DNA from: Candidatus Altiarchaeota archaeon
GTDB taxonomy: Archaea; Altiarchaeota; Altiarchaeia; IMC4; SCGC-AAA252-I15
Direction of reading: 5' to 3'
NCBI GenBank assembly: GCA_043800255.1
Contig: JAZDNF010000003.1
Span: 47,923 to 111,922 of the forward strand
DNA: 64,000 bases
Part shown: positions 36,807 through 48,072 of the stretch, in pieces
Numbering within the stretch: position 1 is the stretch's first letter
Layout: each line of letters starts with the position of its first letter
The notes under the pieces: generated by a model
What the model saw: the letters and a program-made list of their open reading frames with translations, nothing else
The model's database searches: none
What the model was told of the DNA's origin: nothing
Translations under genes and position numbers: made by a program

Positions 36807-37230
36807 TTTTAACGTCCTCCTCCAGCTTGATGACAGCAGGACAGCTCCGCCACAGCCTGCAGTAGGTAAAACCATAAGAATCGAAGAAGGGGAAACTCCT
36901 GCAGACTTCGGGGCGGGACTCGTAGATGGAACAGGAATCCCCAACAAGGAAGACACACTTCCCCTTAGATTTTTTCAGCTTCTTCTCGCCAGATTCTGTC
37001 AGAACGTAGAAGTCCCTATGGCCTTCACCCTCGATGCGCCGTATATCCTCAACAGTCAGTTCTATGAAACCCAGCCTGCAGCAGTTCCCGCATCTGACGC
37101 ATTCGAACAGCCTCCTGCTCCTGCCCATTTTCAGTCTGCGCAGGACATCAGGAACCTGGAACAACAGCACAATGGCGAGGATTCCGACGAAAAGCCTCGC
37201 CGAAAATCCTATGCACTCCACCAGAGCCAT
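36787..37230 (-). CDS. YkgJ-family Cys-cluster protein with N-terminal TM
   Basis: CVRCGNCC..CVFL..CSIYESRPEVCRSFPF. Confidence 0.85.
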   Translation of the reverse strand: MALVECIGFSARLFVGILAIVLLFQVPDVLRRLKMGRSRRLFECVRCGNCCRLGFIELTVEDIRRIEGEGHRDFYVLTESGEKKLKKSKGKCVFLVGDSCSIYESRPEVCRSFPFFDSYGFTYCRLWRSCPAVIKLEEDVKNEGRSS

Positions 37231-37299
37231 GTTAGTATTAGAAACCCGAGCATTTTTATATGAGTAAGTCGAAAGATAACTCAAATTTTACGGTCGACA

Positions 37300-37542
37300 A
37301 TGGCATACCCCAGATGTTGCGCACACTGCCAGGATTACAAAAACTGCGACGACCGCAAACGCTGCTGCGAATTCTGCGACTACTGCATAAAAAAGAAGTG
37401 CATCTACAAGAAGGACAGTACTAGCAAGGCCATGAAAGCCGCGATAGAGCGGAAGATCGAAGCCGACTTCACGCTGTCAGACTACCGCGGAGACGACTAC
37501 GGCATAGACGACTACGAGGAATACGAAATCTACGATGGCTGA
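37300..37542 (+). CDS. Small Cys-rich protein with acidic tail
   Basis: CCAHC..C..CCEFCDYC..C; DDYGIDDYEEYE; host-like codon usage. Confidence 0.7.
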   Translation: MAYPRCCAHCQDYKNCDDRKRCCEFCDYCIKKKCIYKKDSTSKAMKAAIERKIEADFTLSDYRGDDYGIDDYEEYEIYDG

Positions 37543-38327
37543 CCGCTGAGGTTTCCAGTCCGGTAGCCTTTCAGGTCGAGCGAAACGTTTCTGAAGCCGA
37601 ACGCCTGGAACCGCTCCGCTATCTGATTTCTGTTTTTCATGACCTTATGGAAGTCAGATTCGAGGACCTCTATCCTGGCAGCATCGCCGATGTGCCTCAC
37701 CCTCACCTGGCCGACGCCCAAACCTCTTAAAAAATCCTCCGCAGCTTCGACTGCCCTAAGATTCTCCTCAGTTATCCTGGTGCCAGCAGGTATTCTGGAG
37801 GACAGGCACGCTGTCGACGGCTTTTCCGAGTTTGACAGGCCAAGCAATCTGGCGAGAGCCCTCACATCATCCTTGGTGAAGCCTGCATCAGCCAAGGGCG
37901 TGAAAATCCCATGCTCTCTCACGGCCTTGTAGCCCGGCCTGTGCCCCTCAAGCTCGTCCACGGTCGTGCCCTCAAGTATGGCGTCAATCCCATGCTCCTC
38001 CGCAACCTCCCTCAGAATCCTGAAGAGGCCGCTCTTGCAGTAGTAGCACCTGTCCTCAGGGTTGGAGGCGAAATCCTCATCAGCAAGCTCATCATATTTT
38101 GCTATCAGATGCGTTATGCCAATCTCAGCCGCAACCTTTTTTGCGCACTCAAGCTCCGAGGCTGCGAGTGTGGATGAGTCTACAGTGACCGCAACCGCCT
38201 TCATCCCAAGCAACTTATGTGAGAGTCCTGCCAGGACGCTCGAATCCACGCCGCCTGAGAACGCCACAAGTACGCTGCCGAACGCGTCCAGGGAGGTCTC
38301 AAGCTTCTCTAACTTTTCTTCGAACAT
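37530..38327 (-). CDS. larE: ATP-dependent sacrificial sulfur transferase LarE family
   Basis: AFSGGVDS PP-loop; RCYYCK; RPG; KPS.ACLSSRIP; QVRVR; GYRTG. Confidence 0.9.
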   Translation of the reverse strand: MFEEKLEKLETSLDAFGSVLVAFSGGVDSSVLAGLSHKLLGMKAVAVTVDSSTLAASELECAKKVAAEIGITHLIAKYDELADEDFASNPEDRCYYCKSGLFRILREVAEEHGIDAILEGTTVDELEGHRPGYKAVREHGIFTPLADAGFTKDDVRALARLLGLSNSEKPSTACLSSRIPAGTRITEENLRAVEAAEDFLRGLGVGQVRVRHIGDAARIEVLESDFHKVMKNRNQIAERFQAFGFRNVSLDLKGYRTGNLSGQPS

Positions 38328-38357
38328 TCATATACTAATAGAGGCTAAAAGTATAAG

Positions 38358-39605
38358 ATGGCGGACTCGAGGATAAGCGGCTTCTACAAGCTGGGCTATA
38401 AGGAAAGGCAGAACAGGCTGAAGGAGAACGCGGGACTCTCTGATGAGGACTTCCATAGATTGGACGAGGGCGGGCTCACATTGGAGGCTGCGGAGAAGAT
38501 GATAGAGAACGTCATTGGAACCAGCAGGCTCCCGATGGGCGTCGCGATGAACTTCCTGATAAACGGCAGAGACTATCTGATTCCGATGGTGTTGGAGGAG
38601 CCGTCTGTTGTTGCTGCAGCCAGCAACGCGGCAAAGATTATGAGAGAAGGCGGCGGGATAACAGCATCATCAGACGAGCCTGTGATGATAGGCCAGATAC
38701 AGGTTGTCGAATTCAAGCAAAAGGATGCGGTCAAGAGAGTAGAGGAGAAAAAGGAGGAAATTGTCGAACTAGCCAACAGCCAGGATCCCATCCTCCTGAA
38801 ATTCGGCGGCGGAGTCAGAGACCTTACCGTCAGAAAGTTGAAGGGCCGCAAGGGCGAGATGATAATCGTCCATTTGCACGTTGACGTCCGGGACGCGATG
38901 GGAGCTAACGCAGTCAACACCATGTGCGAGGCAGTCGCCCCAAAGCTGGAAGAGCTGACAGGGGGGAAGGCGATACTCAGGATAATATCCAATTATGCGA
39001 CGGAGAGGCTCGCGAGAGCTGAGGTTACGATACCGAAGGAGGCTCTCGGCGAGGACAACATCAACAGGATAGTGTGGGCGCAGACTCTCGCAGAGGAGGA
39101 CGTCTACAGGGCAGTCACCCACAACAAGGGGATTATGAACGGCATCACAGCCGTCACGTTAGCGACCTGCAACGACACCAGAGCAGTGGAAGCCGGAGCC
39201 CACTCCTACGCCTCAAGAAGCGGGGAGTACAAGCCCCTGACAATTTGGGCGGAAGACGAAGAAGGCAACCTAAAAGGAAGAATCGAACTGCCGATAGCTG
39301 TCGGCCTGGTGGGAGGCGCGACCAAGACGCATCCATCGGCGCAGGCTGCTGTCAAAATTTTAGGGGTTAAGACTGCGAGAGAATTGGCTGAGGTCATGGC
39401 ATCCGTGGGATTGGCGCAGAATTTCGCAGCCTTAAGGGCGTTGGCAACGGAAGGCATACAGCGGGGCCATATGGAACTCCACGCCAGAAATGTTGCGATA
39501 GCCGCTGGAGCCAAAGGCAAGGACGTTGACAGGATAGCAGAGCAGATGATAAAAGAAAAAAAGATCAGAGCCGACAGGGCCAAAGAGTTGCTTGGCGGCC
39601 GATGA
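38358..39605 (+). CDS. mvaA: HMG-CoA reductase, class II
   Basis: ENVIG; EEPSVVAAAS; DAMGAN; THNKGIMNG; GIQRGHMELHA. Confidence 0.95.
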   Translation: MADSRISGFYKLGYKERQNRLKENAGLSDEDFHRLDEGGLTLEAAEKMIENVIGTSRLPMGVAMNFLINGRDYLIPMVLEEPSVVAAASNAAKIMREGGGITASSDEPVMIGQIQVVEFKQKDAVKRVEEKKEEIVELANSQDPILLKFGGGVRDLTVRKLKGRKGEMIIVHLHVDVRDAMGANAVNTMCEAVAPKLEELTGGKAILRIISNYATERLARAEVTIPKEALGEDNINRIVWAQTLAEEDVYRAVTHNKGIMNGITAVTLATCNDTRAVEAGAHSYASRSGEYKPLTIWAEDEEGNLKGRIELPIAVGLVGGATKTHPSAQAAVKILGVKTARELAEVMASVGLAQNFAALRALATEGIQRGHMELHARNVAIAAGAKGKDVDRIAEQMIKEKKIRADRAKELLGGR

Positions 39606-39609
39606 ACCG

Positions 39610-40575
39610 TCAGCGATTTTTTGGTCCGAACCTGTCCTTGGCCCTCCTCCTCAGACTTTTGAACAGTTTTGTTGCGAAGCTCCCCCTGACCAGCTTGCAG
39701 TCTGCCACCATCTTCTCGAAAAGCTGCTGGAAATCCTGCGCGATTTCCTTGGAGTAGATGTAAATGCCGCTCATGAGAGGGGCGCGTATGACCATCAGCA
39801 CTTCATGGGGTTTGTCGTGTATTACGGGAATCACCATGTCCAGCTCGAATGGCTTGTCAAGGTAGTATATTTCGAGTGTGTCGTACATCCTGGCCTGCTG
39901 CTCCATGATGTCGATGGTCGTCAGGCATTCCTTGTATGCCATCTCACGGTTCTGGTAGACGTTCATTGCCAGAGCATACGGGTACTCGATGTCAAGGGGC
40001 GTTATGTAACGGTATGCTAGGCTCTTCTCCTCGAAACAGCGGCGTCGCACCGCCTCCACATACTCCGTCCGGCCGGTTTTGCTGTATATCGTGTGCGTGT
40101 GGCTGATTGCAGGCCAGAGGATGTTGGTGGACATCATTCTGGACTTGTTCGTCAGCTCCACGATTTTTTTGTAGAATGACTTATGATCCAGGTACCTTGC
40201 GGTTGGAATGTCTTCGCGCGTGGAAATCCTGGTGAGGTAATCCTCGATGTTTCCCCTGAACGCTTCAATGCCTTCCAACTGCAGATTGATTTTTTTCTTC
40301 TGCTCTGATATCGTATTCTCCATGCCGCCGATGCTTAGGGCGTACGACGCCCTGCCCGTTTTCAAAACCAGTCCCCTGCCCTGCAGCAGCTTGAGCTGGT
40401 TGAAAAGGTTGGAATAGTGTATTCCTCCATAAGACTGGTCATACTCCAGATTGATGTTCTTTGGAGTTGTCTGCTCGTCTCTGAGTTCTAACGCTTTGAT
40501 GGCCTTTAGTACGTTTAACTGCTGGTGCGTGAGGTCGAGCCAGTAGGTCATATCCTCTTCGATTATTCCACCCAT
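39610..40575 (-). CDS. TrmB-like transcriptional regulator (wHTH plus effector domain)
   Basis: N-terminal wHTH (LFNQLKLLQGRGLV), coiled linker, PLD-like C-terminus (FQQLFEKM). Confidence 0.55.
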   Translation of the reverse strand: MGGIIEEDMTYWLDLTHQQLNVLKAIKALELRDEQTTPKNINLEYDQSYGGIHYSNLFNQLKLLQGRGLVLKTGRASYALSIGGMENTISEQKKKINLQLEGIEAFRGNIEDYLTRISTREDIPTARYLDHKSFYKKIVELTNKSRMMSTNILWPAISHTHTIYSKTGRTEYVEAVRRRCFEEKSLAYRYITPLDIEYPYALAMNVYQNREMAYKECLTTIDIMEQQARMYDTLEIYYLDKPFELDMVIPVIHDKPHEVLMVIRAPLMSGIYIYSKEIAQDFQQLFEKMVADCKLVRGSFATKLFKSLRRRAKDRFGPKNR

Positions 40576-40640
40576 ATCATAGTTTATAGTAGTATAAACT
40601 ATTATATAAAATTTTATTCTCTCCTATTGGAGAATAACCC

Positions 40641-42014
40641 ATGCGATTAACGCATAGGGCAAAACAAAAGCTTAAAGAGCTGAACATCGACGCAGTATAT
40701 GCCGCAGGGATAAAAAAATCCAGAGAGATGTTCGCATCCAGCTGCATAATAGTCACATACCCTCCATGGACAGCCCTCCCGGCAATAGGAGACGACAGAA
40801 TATATGCTAATTCAGGAAACAAAAGGCTGAAGAGAATAACAGTATACGTACACCTGCCTTTCTGCACAGGCAGGTGCTCCTACTGCGGGCACACGACACT
40901 CAGCAATCCGGATACCAGCATCGTTGAACGATACATCAATGCGCTCAAAAGAGAGCTTGACCTGCTGCTCGAACAGATTGGGAGCGCAACGGTTGAATCC
41001 CTGTACTTTGGCGGCGGAACGCCGACATACTTGGGTGAAAAACAATTAGAAGATCTCATCAGATACTATTTGGACAACCTCAGAATCAAGGCAGATGTGG
41101 AGGTAACGGTCGAATCCAGCCCGGAGACGCTCTCCGAAAAGAAGCTGCGCGTGCTGGCTGACAGCAATGTCAACAGGTTAAGTCTCGGAGTCCAAACGTT
41201 TGATGATGCCAGTCTTGCAATAATCGGACGGCGACATAACGCTCGAGAGGCCCGCAAGGCATACTATATGGCCCGGAGGACGGGGTTCGATAACATCAAC
41301 ATCGACCTGATGAGAGGGCTGCCGAAGACCACTCAAAGCAGAGTCGAAAAAGATTTGGAAGCTGTTGAAGACCTTGAGCCGCCGTCTGTGAGCGTCTACA
41401 GCCTCGTCCTGCGGCCCAACACTAGGATGAAGAGATTGTACGACGACGCGCCGGGACAATTCCCGACAGAGGAGGAGTTACTGTTATACCACATAATGAT
41501 GAACGAAAAACTAGCGGATTTGGGATACACAGAGGACCCCGTAGACTGGTTCACAACCCACAGGCGATTCAGATACCAACAGCAGATACACAAGTGGGAG
41601 GATATGATAGACTCCGTCGGGATGGGAGTATCCGCATACGGGTACTGCAACGGGTGGCAGTACTACAATCACAGGAACCTGAAAGCGTATTTTGATGCCG
41701 TCGAGAACGATCAGACTCCTGTGGAGCGGGCGCTGAAACTCGACATGAACGAACAGATGCACCACAGGATGATCTTCGGACTGAAGACCAGGGTGAATAA
41801 GAAAAAATTCCACAGGATGTTCGGAAAAGAGGTTAATGTCGTATTCGGCGATAAGATACGAAAACTGACGAACGCGGGACTGTTATGTGAGACCCAGGAG
41901 GACATTGGATTATCGTATGCCGGCAGATTATTTGCAGATGACGTCTGCCATGAATTCTACAGCCCTGAAATCAGGATGAGGGACGGCATTTTAGCCAACC
42001 AACCGTCTGCTTAG
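40641..42014 (+). CDS. HemN/HemW-like radical SAM protein
   Basis: [14 protein letters not shown]; YFGGGTPT; RLSLGVQTF; NIDLM.GLP. Confidence 0.9.
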   Translation: MRLTHRAKQKLKELNIDAVYAAGIKKSREMFASSCIIVTYPPWTALPAIGDDRIYANSGNKRLKRITVYVHLPFCTGRCSYCGHTTLSNPDTSIVERYINALKRELDLLLEQIGSATVESLYFGGGTPTYLGEKQLEDLIRYYLDNLRIKADVEVTVESSPETLSEKKLRVLADSNVNRLSLGVQTFDDASLAIIGRRHNAREARKAYYMARRTGFDNINIDLMRGLPKTTQSRVEKDLEAVEDLEPPSVSVYSLVLRPNTRMKRLYDDAPGQFPTEEELLLYHIMMNEKLADLGYTEDPVDWFTTHRRFRYQQQIHKWEDMIDSVGMGVSAYGYCNGWQYYNHRNLKAYFDAVENDQTPVERALKLDMNEQMHHRMIFGLKTRVNKKKFHRMFGKEVNVVFGDKIRKLTNAGLLCETQEDIGLSYAGRLFADDVCHEFYSPEIRMRDGILANQPSA

Positions 42015-42054
42015 CATAGAACGCGTATTTATCCGACCAGTCAGATTATTTTGC

Positions 42055-43179
42055 ATGCGCAGATACGAAATCGCCGTAATACCCGGGGACGGGATCGGAC
42101 CCGAGGTTATAGCAGAAGGCATCAAGGTCTTGGACAGGGCTGCCGATGCGCACAACTTCAGCATAGAATGGAAGCATTATCCCATCGGGGCAGACCATTA
42201 CCTCAAGACAGGCGAATTGCTTACTGAGGAGACGCTGAAGGACCTCTCCAAACAGGATTCAATCTATCTGGGAGCGCTGGGAGACCCCAGATGCGAGCCA
42301 GGAATTCTCGAAAAAGGCATACTATTGGCGTTGAGGTTCCACTTCGACCAGTACATAAACCTCAGGCCCATACGACTGCTGGAGGGAGTGTGGTGCCCGC
42401 TGAAGGACAAAAGGCCGCAGGACATAAACTTTTCAGTCGTCAGGGAGAACACCGAAGACTTCTACGTCGGAATAGGCAACAGGGCAAAAATCGGGAAGAA
42501 CAGACAGGAGCTTGAGGTTCTGAGAAGCCTCTACTCTGTGAAATTCGGGCTCGACATTGACGTCGACGGAAGCGAGATAGCATACCAGATTGGCGTGCTC
42601 AGCAGGAAAGGCTCTGAGAGGGTTATCAGATACGCCTTCGACCTCGCAAAAAGGCAGGGCAAGAACAGGGTAACCGCTGTCGACAAGGCCAACGTGTTAA
42701 GCCACGTGTACAATTTTTGGAGGAAGATTGTCGAGGAAGTCTCGAAAGACTATCCTAGGATAGATTATGAGTTCAACTTCGTCGATGCCATAACCATGTG
42801 GTTCGTGAAGAACCCAGAATGGTATCAGGTCGTCGTGACGCCGAACATGTTCGGAGACATAATAACAGACCTGGGGGCGATGATACAAGGCGGGCTGGGA
42901 CTGGCGCCAGGAGGCAACATAAACCCTGATGGGATTTCGATGTTCGAGCCGATACATGGTTCAGCTCCCAAATACAAAGGCATGAACAGAGCCAACCCGC
43001 TCGCCACCATCTGGGCTGGGGCGATGATGCTCGAAGAGCTCGGACAGAAGGGGGCAGCAGACAAGGTGGTTTCCGCGATAGAGTCGGTCATCAAAGAGGG
43101 TAAGGTAAAAACAAAAGACCTCGGCGGGAACAACACCACGACAGAGATGGGAGACGCTGTGGCAGGGAAGCTCGGTTAA
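42055..43179 (+). CDS. Isopropylmalate/isocitrate-family dehydrogenase (LeuB-like)
   Basis: PGDGIGPEV; VRENTE; VDKANV; NMFGDIITD; FEPIHGSAP. Confidence 0.9.
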   Translation: MRRYEIAVIPGDGIGPEVIAEGIKVLDRAADAHNFSIEWKHYPIGADHYLKTGELLTEETLKDLSKQDSIYLGALGDPRCEPGILEKGILLALRFHFDQYINLRPIRLLEGVWCPLKDKRPQDINFSVVRENTEDFYVGIGNRAKIGKNRQELEVLRSLYSVKFGLDIDVDGSEIAYQIGVLSRKGSERVIRYAFDLAKRQGKNRVTAVDKANVLSHVYNFWRKIVEEVSKDYPRIDYEFNFVDAITMWFVKNPEWYQVVVTPNMFGDIITDLGAMIQGGLGLAPGGNINPDGISMFEPIHGSAPKYKGMNRANPLATIWAGAMMLEELGQKGAADKVVSAIESVIKEGKVKTKDLGGNNTTTEMGDAVAGKLG

Positions 43180-44942
43180 TGTCTTGCCTTACGGTAGTGA
43201 TCCTGGTAGACCCTCTTCGCCAGGTCATCATCAAAGCAGTCAAGCGCTTTCTTCCCGTGATTGAAGGCAATTACAGATAGACCCATGTGCGCCTGCTCAG
43301 ACAGGAGTTTGTCAACGGCAGAGCCTGTCAGCACGCTCTTGAACGTTCTAAGACAGTCTGATGCCAGGAGGATGTCATGGGACTGTAACCGCTCAACCTC
43401 ACCTTCACGGTAGGATTTGTTACTGATATCAGGATGAGGTATCAGCGTGTCAGCGTCTATGTCATTTTTGTTCCCCATTAGGTCAAGGTTCCGCTCATGG
43501 GCTGAGCCGCCGCCAGGCGCCCCAGCATCCGCATCCCTGACGCCGCCGAAATGCCCTCCAAAAGCATGGAGTACGCCCAAATCCCTGAACAGGTTATGGG
43601 TGAATCGGTCAACTATTCTGTCAGCTGCCGGCCTGTTTAGAGCGTGAATTTCCTGCAGGTACGAAGTTAACTGATTGGAATGCTCTATCCCAGATTTTGA
43701 GAAACTGGCCGCCTTATCAGGCAGCTTAAGCTGCTCATCGTATGCGGAATAAACCAGCTTCATGACAGAATCCACACCCTCCTTCGAATTTGCTCCGATG
43801 ATTTGGCGTCGCATCTGCCGTATCCTGTAATCCTCCCGCGAAGCCATCAGGAGCGTTGAAAGCCCCAACACCCTCTTCATCGCAGAACCTGCCTTCAAGC
43901 GCACCCTGTCGATATCCTCTGACACACCCTCCCCAAAATAGCCTAAACCTTCGATGCCGTTTCTAGTCTCACTATCATACTCTGTCACATAATATTTCCC
44001 TTTCAGTGAATCCCTCCTCTTGAAGTAAGGGTCGGACTTCTCAAGAATGCTGACATACTCTGACACAGACTTCAGCTCCCTCGCGTCTAGTCTCTCCTTC
44101 TGCCTCAGAGCCTCATAGCCTAAGAGGAAAAGCTCCCTCGTGGTTAGAAGACGCGGATTGGTCAAGAAGTCTTCCATCTTGAGAGTTGATTGCACACCCC
44201 GGTTGAGGACTTTGACTTCGTCTAGAACGTCTATTCTCAGCGGCATCGGAGCCCCCGCAGGCTTTCCATCGACTCCCATAACGAGGTTATGCAAGGCGAG
44301 CGTGCGGGCATACTCATCGACTGCATAATCTTGGCTCATGCCGCCCCAGATTGACCTGCCATCGAAAGCCCTCGTTGTTCTCATCCACTCCCCCTCAACC
44401 CGTCCGACAAGCCGGCCGTTTATGTGGAATGGAACATGCACTTCCGGGTTGGAATACAATGACTCATGCTCCCTGCCATGCTGAGATGTCGTAGTCTGGT
44501 CTACGCCGGACTGGCCACCGCCTTTGATCCTTAGCGTTAGAAGCTGTAAGTTCCCGCCTTTCTTTCTTGCGAACGTCAGCCTTGGCGTCCTATGCTGCCC
44601 CTGAAGCTGAGAGCCTGAGACGTTCCAGTCTGTCCCAGCCCGGGAGTACTCCGGCAGCCTGTCAGATATCCTGCCAGAGGTTACGCCAAGGCTAAGGAGT
44701 GTCTTGCCTGAGGGCACGGCATCAACAGCCTCAGAGTAACCGTCTGCCAGAAGTTGTTCTACCAACTTCTTGCGCGTCGCCTCCAACCCTGCGGATATCT
44801 TAGCCTCAGATGCGCCAAGCGTCTGCGAGGATACGACGTCGAATGATTTTGAGATTCCCTCCAGCGTAACCTGCCCAGGATGTACAGCCTTTACAGACGG
44901 AAGGCTTCCCTGCCCCCTGACGCCCCCCCGGAGTCTGCTCAT
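43176..44942 (-). CDS. Hypothetical protein, possible atypical kinase/SelO-like fold
   Basis: LRIKGGG; WGGM..AVDEY; LGVLH..G; HERNL..G..DID. Confidence 0.5.
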   Translation of the reverse strand: MSRLRGGVRGQGSLPSVKAVHPGQVTLEGISKSFDVVSSQTLGASEAKISAGLEATRKKLVEQLLADGYSEAVDAVPSGKTLLSLGVTSGRISDRLPEYSRAGTDWNVSGSQLQGQHRTPRLTFARKKGGNLQLLTLRIKGGGQSGVDQTTTSQHGREHESLYSNPEVHVPFHINGRLVGRVEGEWMRTTRAFDGRSIWGGMSQDYAVDEYARTLALHNLVMGVDGKPAGAPMPLRIDVLDEVKVLNRGVQSTLKMEDFLTNPRLLTTRELFLLGYEALRQKERLDARELKSVSEYVSILEKSDPYFKRRDSLKGKYYVTEYDSETRNGIEGLGYFGEGVSEDIDRVRLKAGSAMKRVLGLSTLLMASREDYRIRQMRRQIIGANSKEGVDSVMKLVYSAYDEQLKLPDKAASFSKSGIEHSNQLTSYLQEIHALNRPAADRIVDRFTHNLFRDLGVLHAFGGHFGGVRDADAGAPGGGSAHERNLDLMGNKNDIDADTLIPHPDISNKSYREGEVERLQSHDILLASDCLRTFKSVLTGSAVDKLLSEQAHMGLSVIAFNHGKKALDCFDDDLAKRVYQDHYRKARH

Positions 44943-44971
44943 AAGAACTATAACACAATACAGGGTAATAT

Positions 44972-45835
44972 TTACCGTTTCGGCTCTATGTGGACGGTTA
45001 CGTCAACAACCCCCGGAAAACTCTTCTTGAGCCTTTCCTCAACCTGGTGGCTGATCTCATGCCCCTTTTCGAGTGAAATCCTGGGGTCGACTAGGATATG
45101 AAAGTCCATGTACATGTGCTCTGCTCCTCCTCTGGCTCTGACCTTGTGGCAGTCTATCACACCAGCAACCGATTTTATTACCTCTCTGACGCGGTTCATG
45201 TCAACCATGCAGACATCACAGAGCGACTCGGACGCCCCGCGGATAATGCTAAACGCGGTCTTTGATATCAGAATCACTATAGCGAAGGCGACAAGAGAGT
45301 CCAGCATAGGGTATCCGAGACTGACGGCGACAAAGCTGACCAGCACTGAAAGGGATGCGAAGATGTCGCTTCTCGTGTGAAGGGAGTCTGCCACCAGTAT
45401 GCTGCTTCCCAGCCGCCTGCCGGCACGGTGCTCGTATCTCGCGACGAAAAAGTTTATCACCATGGTCAGCACCATAACAGCGTATGTCACTGCTATGATA
45501 TCAGGAGTTGACGGGTTCATGAGCCTCCTGAAGGCGGTTTCAACTATCTCGAACGCTGTTATCATCAGGAGCAGCGCTATGAAAAGTGTGGCGATGGTCT
45601 CGTACTTCCTGTGGCCGTAGGGGTGGTCTCCGTCAGGAGGCTTGGACGCGAGTTGGATTGCGATAATGCCTACAACGTTTGACGTGGAGTCGAAAAGCGA
45701 GTGCACGCTGTCGGCTATCATGGACAGCGAGTTGGACATGATTCCGAAGACCGCCTTCAGCAGGGTGACGAAAAGGTTCGCGAACAGCACCAGGACAAGG
45801 GTCCGCCTTATCTCTCCAGTTTCCTTGATTAGCAT
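44972..45835 (-). CDS. Cation diffusion facilitator transporter
   Basis: ADSVHSLFD; HPYGH.KYE; ADSLHTRSD; VHIEP. Confidence 0.95.
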   Translation of the reverse strand: MLIKETGEIRRTLVLVLFANLFVTLLKAVFGIMSNSLSMIADSVHSLFDSTSNVVGIIAIQLASKPPDGDHPYGHRKYETIATLFIALLLMITAFEIVETAFRRLMNPSTPDIIAVTYAVMVLTMVINFFVARYEHRAGRRLGSSILVADSLHTRSDIFASLSVLVSFVAVSLGYPMLDSLVAFAIVILISKTAFSIIRGASESLCDVCMVDMNRVREVIKSVAGVIDCHKVRARGGAEHMYMDFHILVDPRISLEKGHEISHQVEERLKKSFPGVVDVTVHIEPKR

Positions 45836-45836
45836 T

Positions 45837-46721
45837 TCAGGTTAGAACCTCACAGCCGTCTGAGGTCACAAGAACGGTGTGCTCGAACTGGCTTACTATG
45901 CCCTTCTCCTTCTCATGAAGGGTCGGGTACTCTCTTAGTATGCCCTTGGAGACCATCTCCTTGAGCGCCAGATTAAACCGCAACGGGTTTATCTTCTTGG
46001 AATACCATCTGGCTGCAAACGGCAGGCCCTCCCGCGGCTCTACCTCGTTCATCAGAATCCTCGCCTCCTTCAAGCGGGTGGGCTTCATCCCCATGAGAGA
46101 ATAGATTTCAGCATACTTTGACTCTACCACCCTGCCGTAGCCGTCTGTCGCGAAAGGCTCCAACGCCAAGACCATATCCTCCTCGATCTTCCAATCGTAG
46201 GGGACTCTGATGTTGGGTATATGGAGTCCGGCATGCAGGTCGTACTGTCGCACCTCATGCCCTGTGAGGTTTTCGATGGGCTTGAAACCGGCCCCAGTTA
46301 TGATCCTCTGGACCGCCCCACCTATCGTATTGACAGACTCGCCAGGCTTCACCAGCTCTATGGACTCTTGGAGAGCCTTCCGGTTGGCATCCAAAAGCTT
46401 CGAATAGTTCCCAGAAAGGTCTACGGTGTACGCGGTATCTGCTATGTAGCCGTCAACGTGCACGCCCAAATCGACCGAGACAACGTCCTTTTTAGAGAGC
46501 GTAGTCTTGTCGTCGAACTTCGGCGTATAGTGCGCTGTGACATCATTTATGCAGATGTTCGTTGGAAACGCGACATCAGCCGTCTCCCTGATTTTCGCCT
46601 CTATCCTCTCCGCAATCTCCAGTATGCTCGCATCAGCCTTAACGAGAGACCTGCTCCACTCCCTCACCTCTTTGGCGATTCCGCCGGCCTTCCTGTAGGA
46701 CTCCAGAACCTTCTCTTCCAT
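45837..46721 (-). CDS. map: Methionine aminopeptidase type II
   Basis: AHYTP; DLGVHVDGYIADTA; NLTGH; LEPFAT; SQFEHT. Confidence 0.95.
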   Translation of the reverse strand: MEEKVLESYRKAGGIAKEVREWSRSLVKADASILEIAERIEAKIRETADVAFPTNICINDVTAHYTPKFDDKTTLSKKDVVSVDLGVHVDGYIADTAYTVDLSGNYSKLLDANRKALQESIELVKPGESVNTIGGAVQRIITGAGFKPIENLTGHEVRQYDLHAGLHIPNIRVPYDWKIEEDMVLALEPFATDGYGRVVESKYAEIYSLMGMKPTRLKEARILMNEVEPREGLPFAARWYSKKINPLRFNLALKEMVSKGILREYPTLHEKEKGIVSQFEHTVLVTSDGCEVLT

Positions 46722-46753
46722 TTTTATCAATAAGGTAAGATAATTAAAATAAG

Positions 46754-47644
46754 ATGTTTATAGTCTTTGAGGGGCTGGACGGCTGCGGGAAGACCACACA
46801 GGCGAAGTTGCTGGCCGAATTTCTGGCGGAGCGCGGGGATGCTGTTATTCTGACGGCTGAGCCGACCAAGGGGGATATAGGGGAGTACATACGAGAGATA
46901 CTTTCAAGTAAGAAAATAGTTGATCCAATAACGCTTGCGCTTCTGTTTACTGCAGACAGAAGGGAACATCTTATGAATGAAATTGAACCTGCACTTAAAG
47001 CTGGAAAAATTGTGATTTCAGAGCGTTATTTCTATTCAACAATCTGCTATCAAGCTGCACAAGGAGTTAATTGGGAGTGGCTAGTTAGCATTAATGAATT
47101 TGCGAGAAAGCCAGATGTCAGTATTTTTCTTGATAGTCCGGTAGAACGATCTATAGAAAAGATAAAGGAGAAGATACAACGAGAGAGGATAAAGCGTGAT
47201 GAAAAATTGAAGGAACTTAGGGATGTTGAGAATAGACTTAAGGAGAGAATTGCAGACTTGAAGCTAACGGCTAATAAACTTTCGAACCACAGACTAACGG
47301 AAAAAAAATTGATAAACGGACTTGGAAGGGGTGTAGTGACTCCTAATGGAAGAGTAGCGAGGTATCTGATGAATGAACTGATGAGTATTGAGGCTAAAAA
47401 GAATAAGTTAAATAAGGATAAAGAAGAAGTTGAAAAAGAGTACAAAAAAATACATTCCAAATATTTAAAATTCAAGGAGTTTGAAAGACCAACAACATTA
47501 GAGGCAAATAATGAAGATTATGGTATGTTCCTCATGGATGTTAAGGAAAATTACTTGAAACTTGATATGGTAAGAGTAGACGCTGATGGCACTATTGATG
47601 AAGTTTCGTCTAGGATAAACAAAGCTGTAGAACGTGTTCTTTGA
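46754..47644 (+). CDS. tmk: dTMP kinase with large coiled-coil insertion
   Basis: FEGLDGCGKTTQ; LLFTADR.EH; ERYFYST..YQ; KPD..IFLD. Confidence 0.9.
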   Translation: MFIVFEGLDGCGKTTQAKLLAEFLAERGDAVILTAEPTKGDIGEYIREILSSKKIVDPITLALLFTADRREHLMNEIEPALKAGKIVISERYFYSTICYQAAQGVNWEWLVSINEFARKPDVSIFLDSPVERSIEKIKEKIQRERIKRDEKLKELRDVENRLKERIADLKLTANKLSNHRLTEKKLINGLGRGVVTPNGRVARYLMNELMSIEAKKNKLNKDKEEVEKEYKKIHSKYLKFKEFERPTTLEANNEDYGMFLMDVKENYLKLDMVRVDADGTIDEVSSRINKAVERVL

Positions 47645-47647
47645 TAT

Positions 47648-48064
47648 CTACAATCTTTCAGGATACATTATCATCTCGGCAATGTCAACAACGATGTGAG
47701 TTGAGAGTGAGATGACAGCTGGGACGGTAAGGCTGCTGTGGGACAGATAGACTGCAGTTGTTAGAATCGAGCCCCATATGATGTGGAACAGAATCCTGAG
47801 AACGCCTAGACCGGGGAAGTGTATCGCATCCCTGAACCCTTTCAAGTCTGCCAGTATCTGAAGCGGGGAGCAGATGGCCTTAAGGGCCAGGTGCCTGTTC
47901 TCTTTCCTCAGCAGAGGATAGAGGATATGGTCGAAATCCATCACCACAGTAAAAATTGCGGCAGCAAAAAGCCAGACGATGTCTGAGGAAAGCGCAATCC
48001 CATGGAACAGCATATACAACAGCACGGCAGAGACTGAAGTCAGAATGTGAGTTAAGGGGAACAT
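47648..48064 (-). CDS. Membrane protein, putative metal-dependent hydrolase
   Basis: TH, DFDH, FH and STHIVVD motifs in TM context. Confidence 0.65.
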   Translation of the reverse strand: MFPLTHILTSVSAVLLYMLFHGIALSSDIVWLFAAAIFTVVMDFDHILYPLLRKENRHLALKAICSPLQILADLKGFRDAIHFPGLGVLRILFHIIWGSILTTAVYLSHSSLTVPAVISLSTHIVVDIAEMIMYPERL

Positions 48065-48072
48065 CTTATCAG

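Noticed and set aside
47170-47490. Intein in tmk
   Set aside because: No C/S start, HN end or LAGLIDADG motifs.
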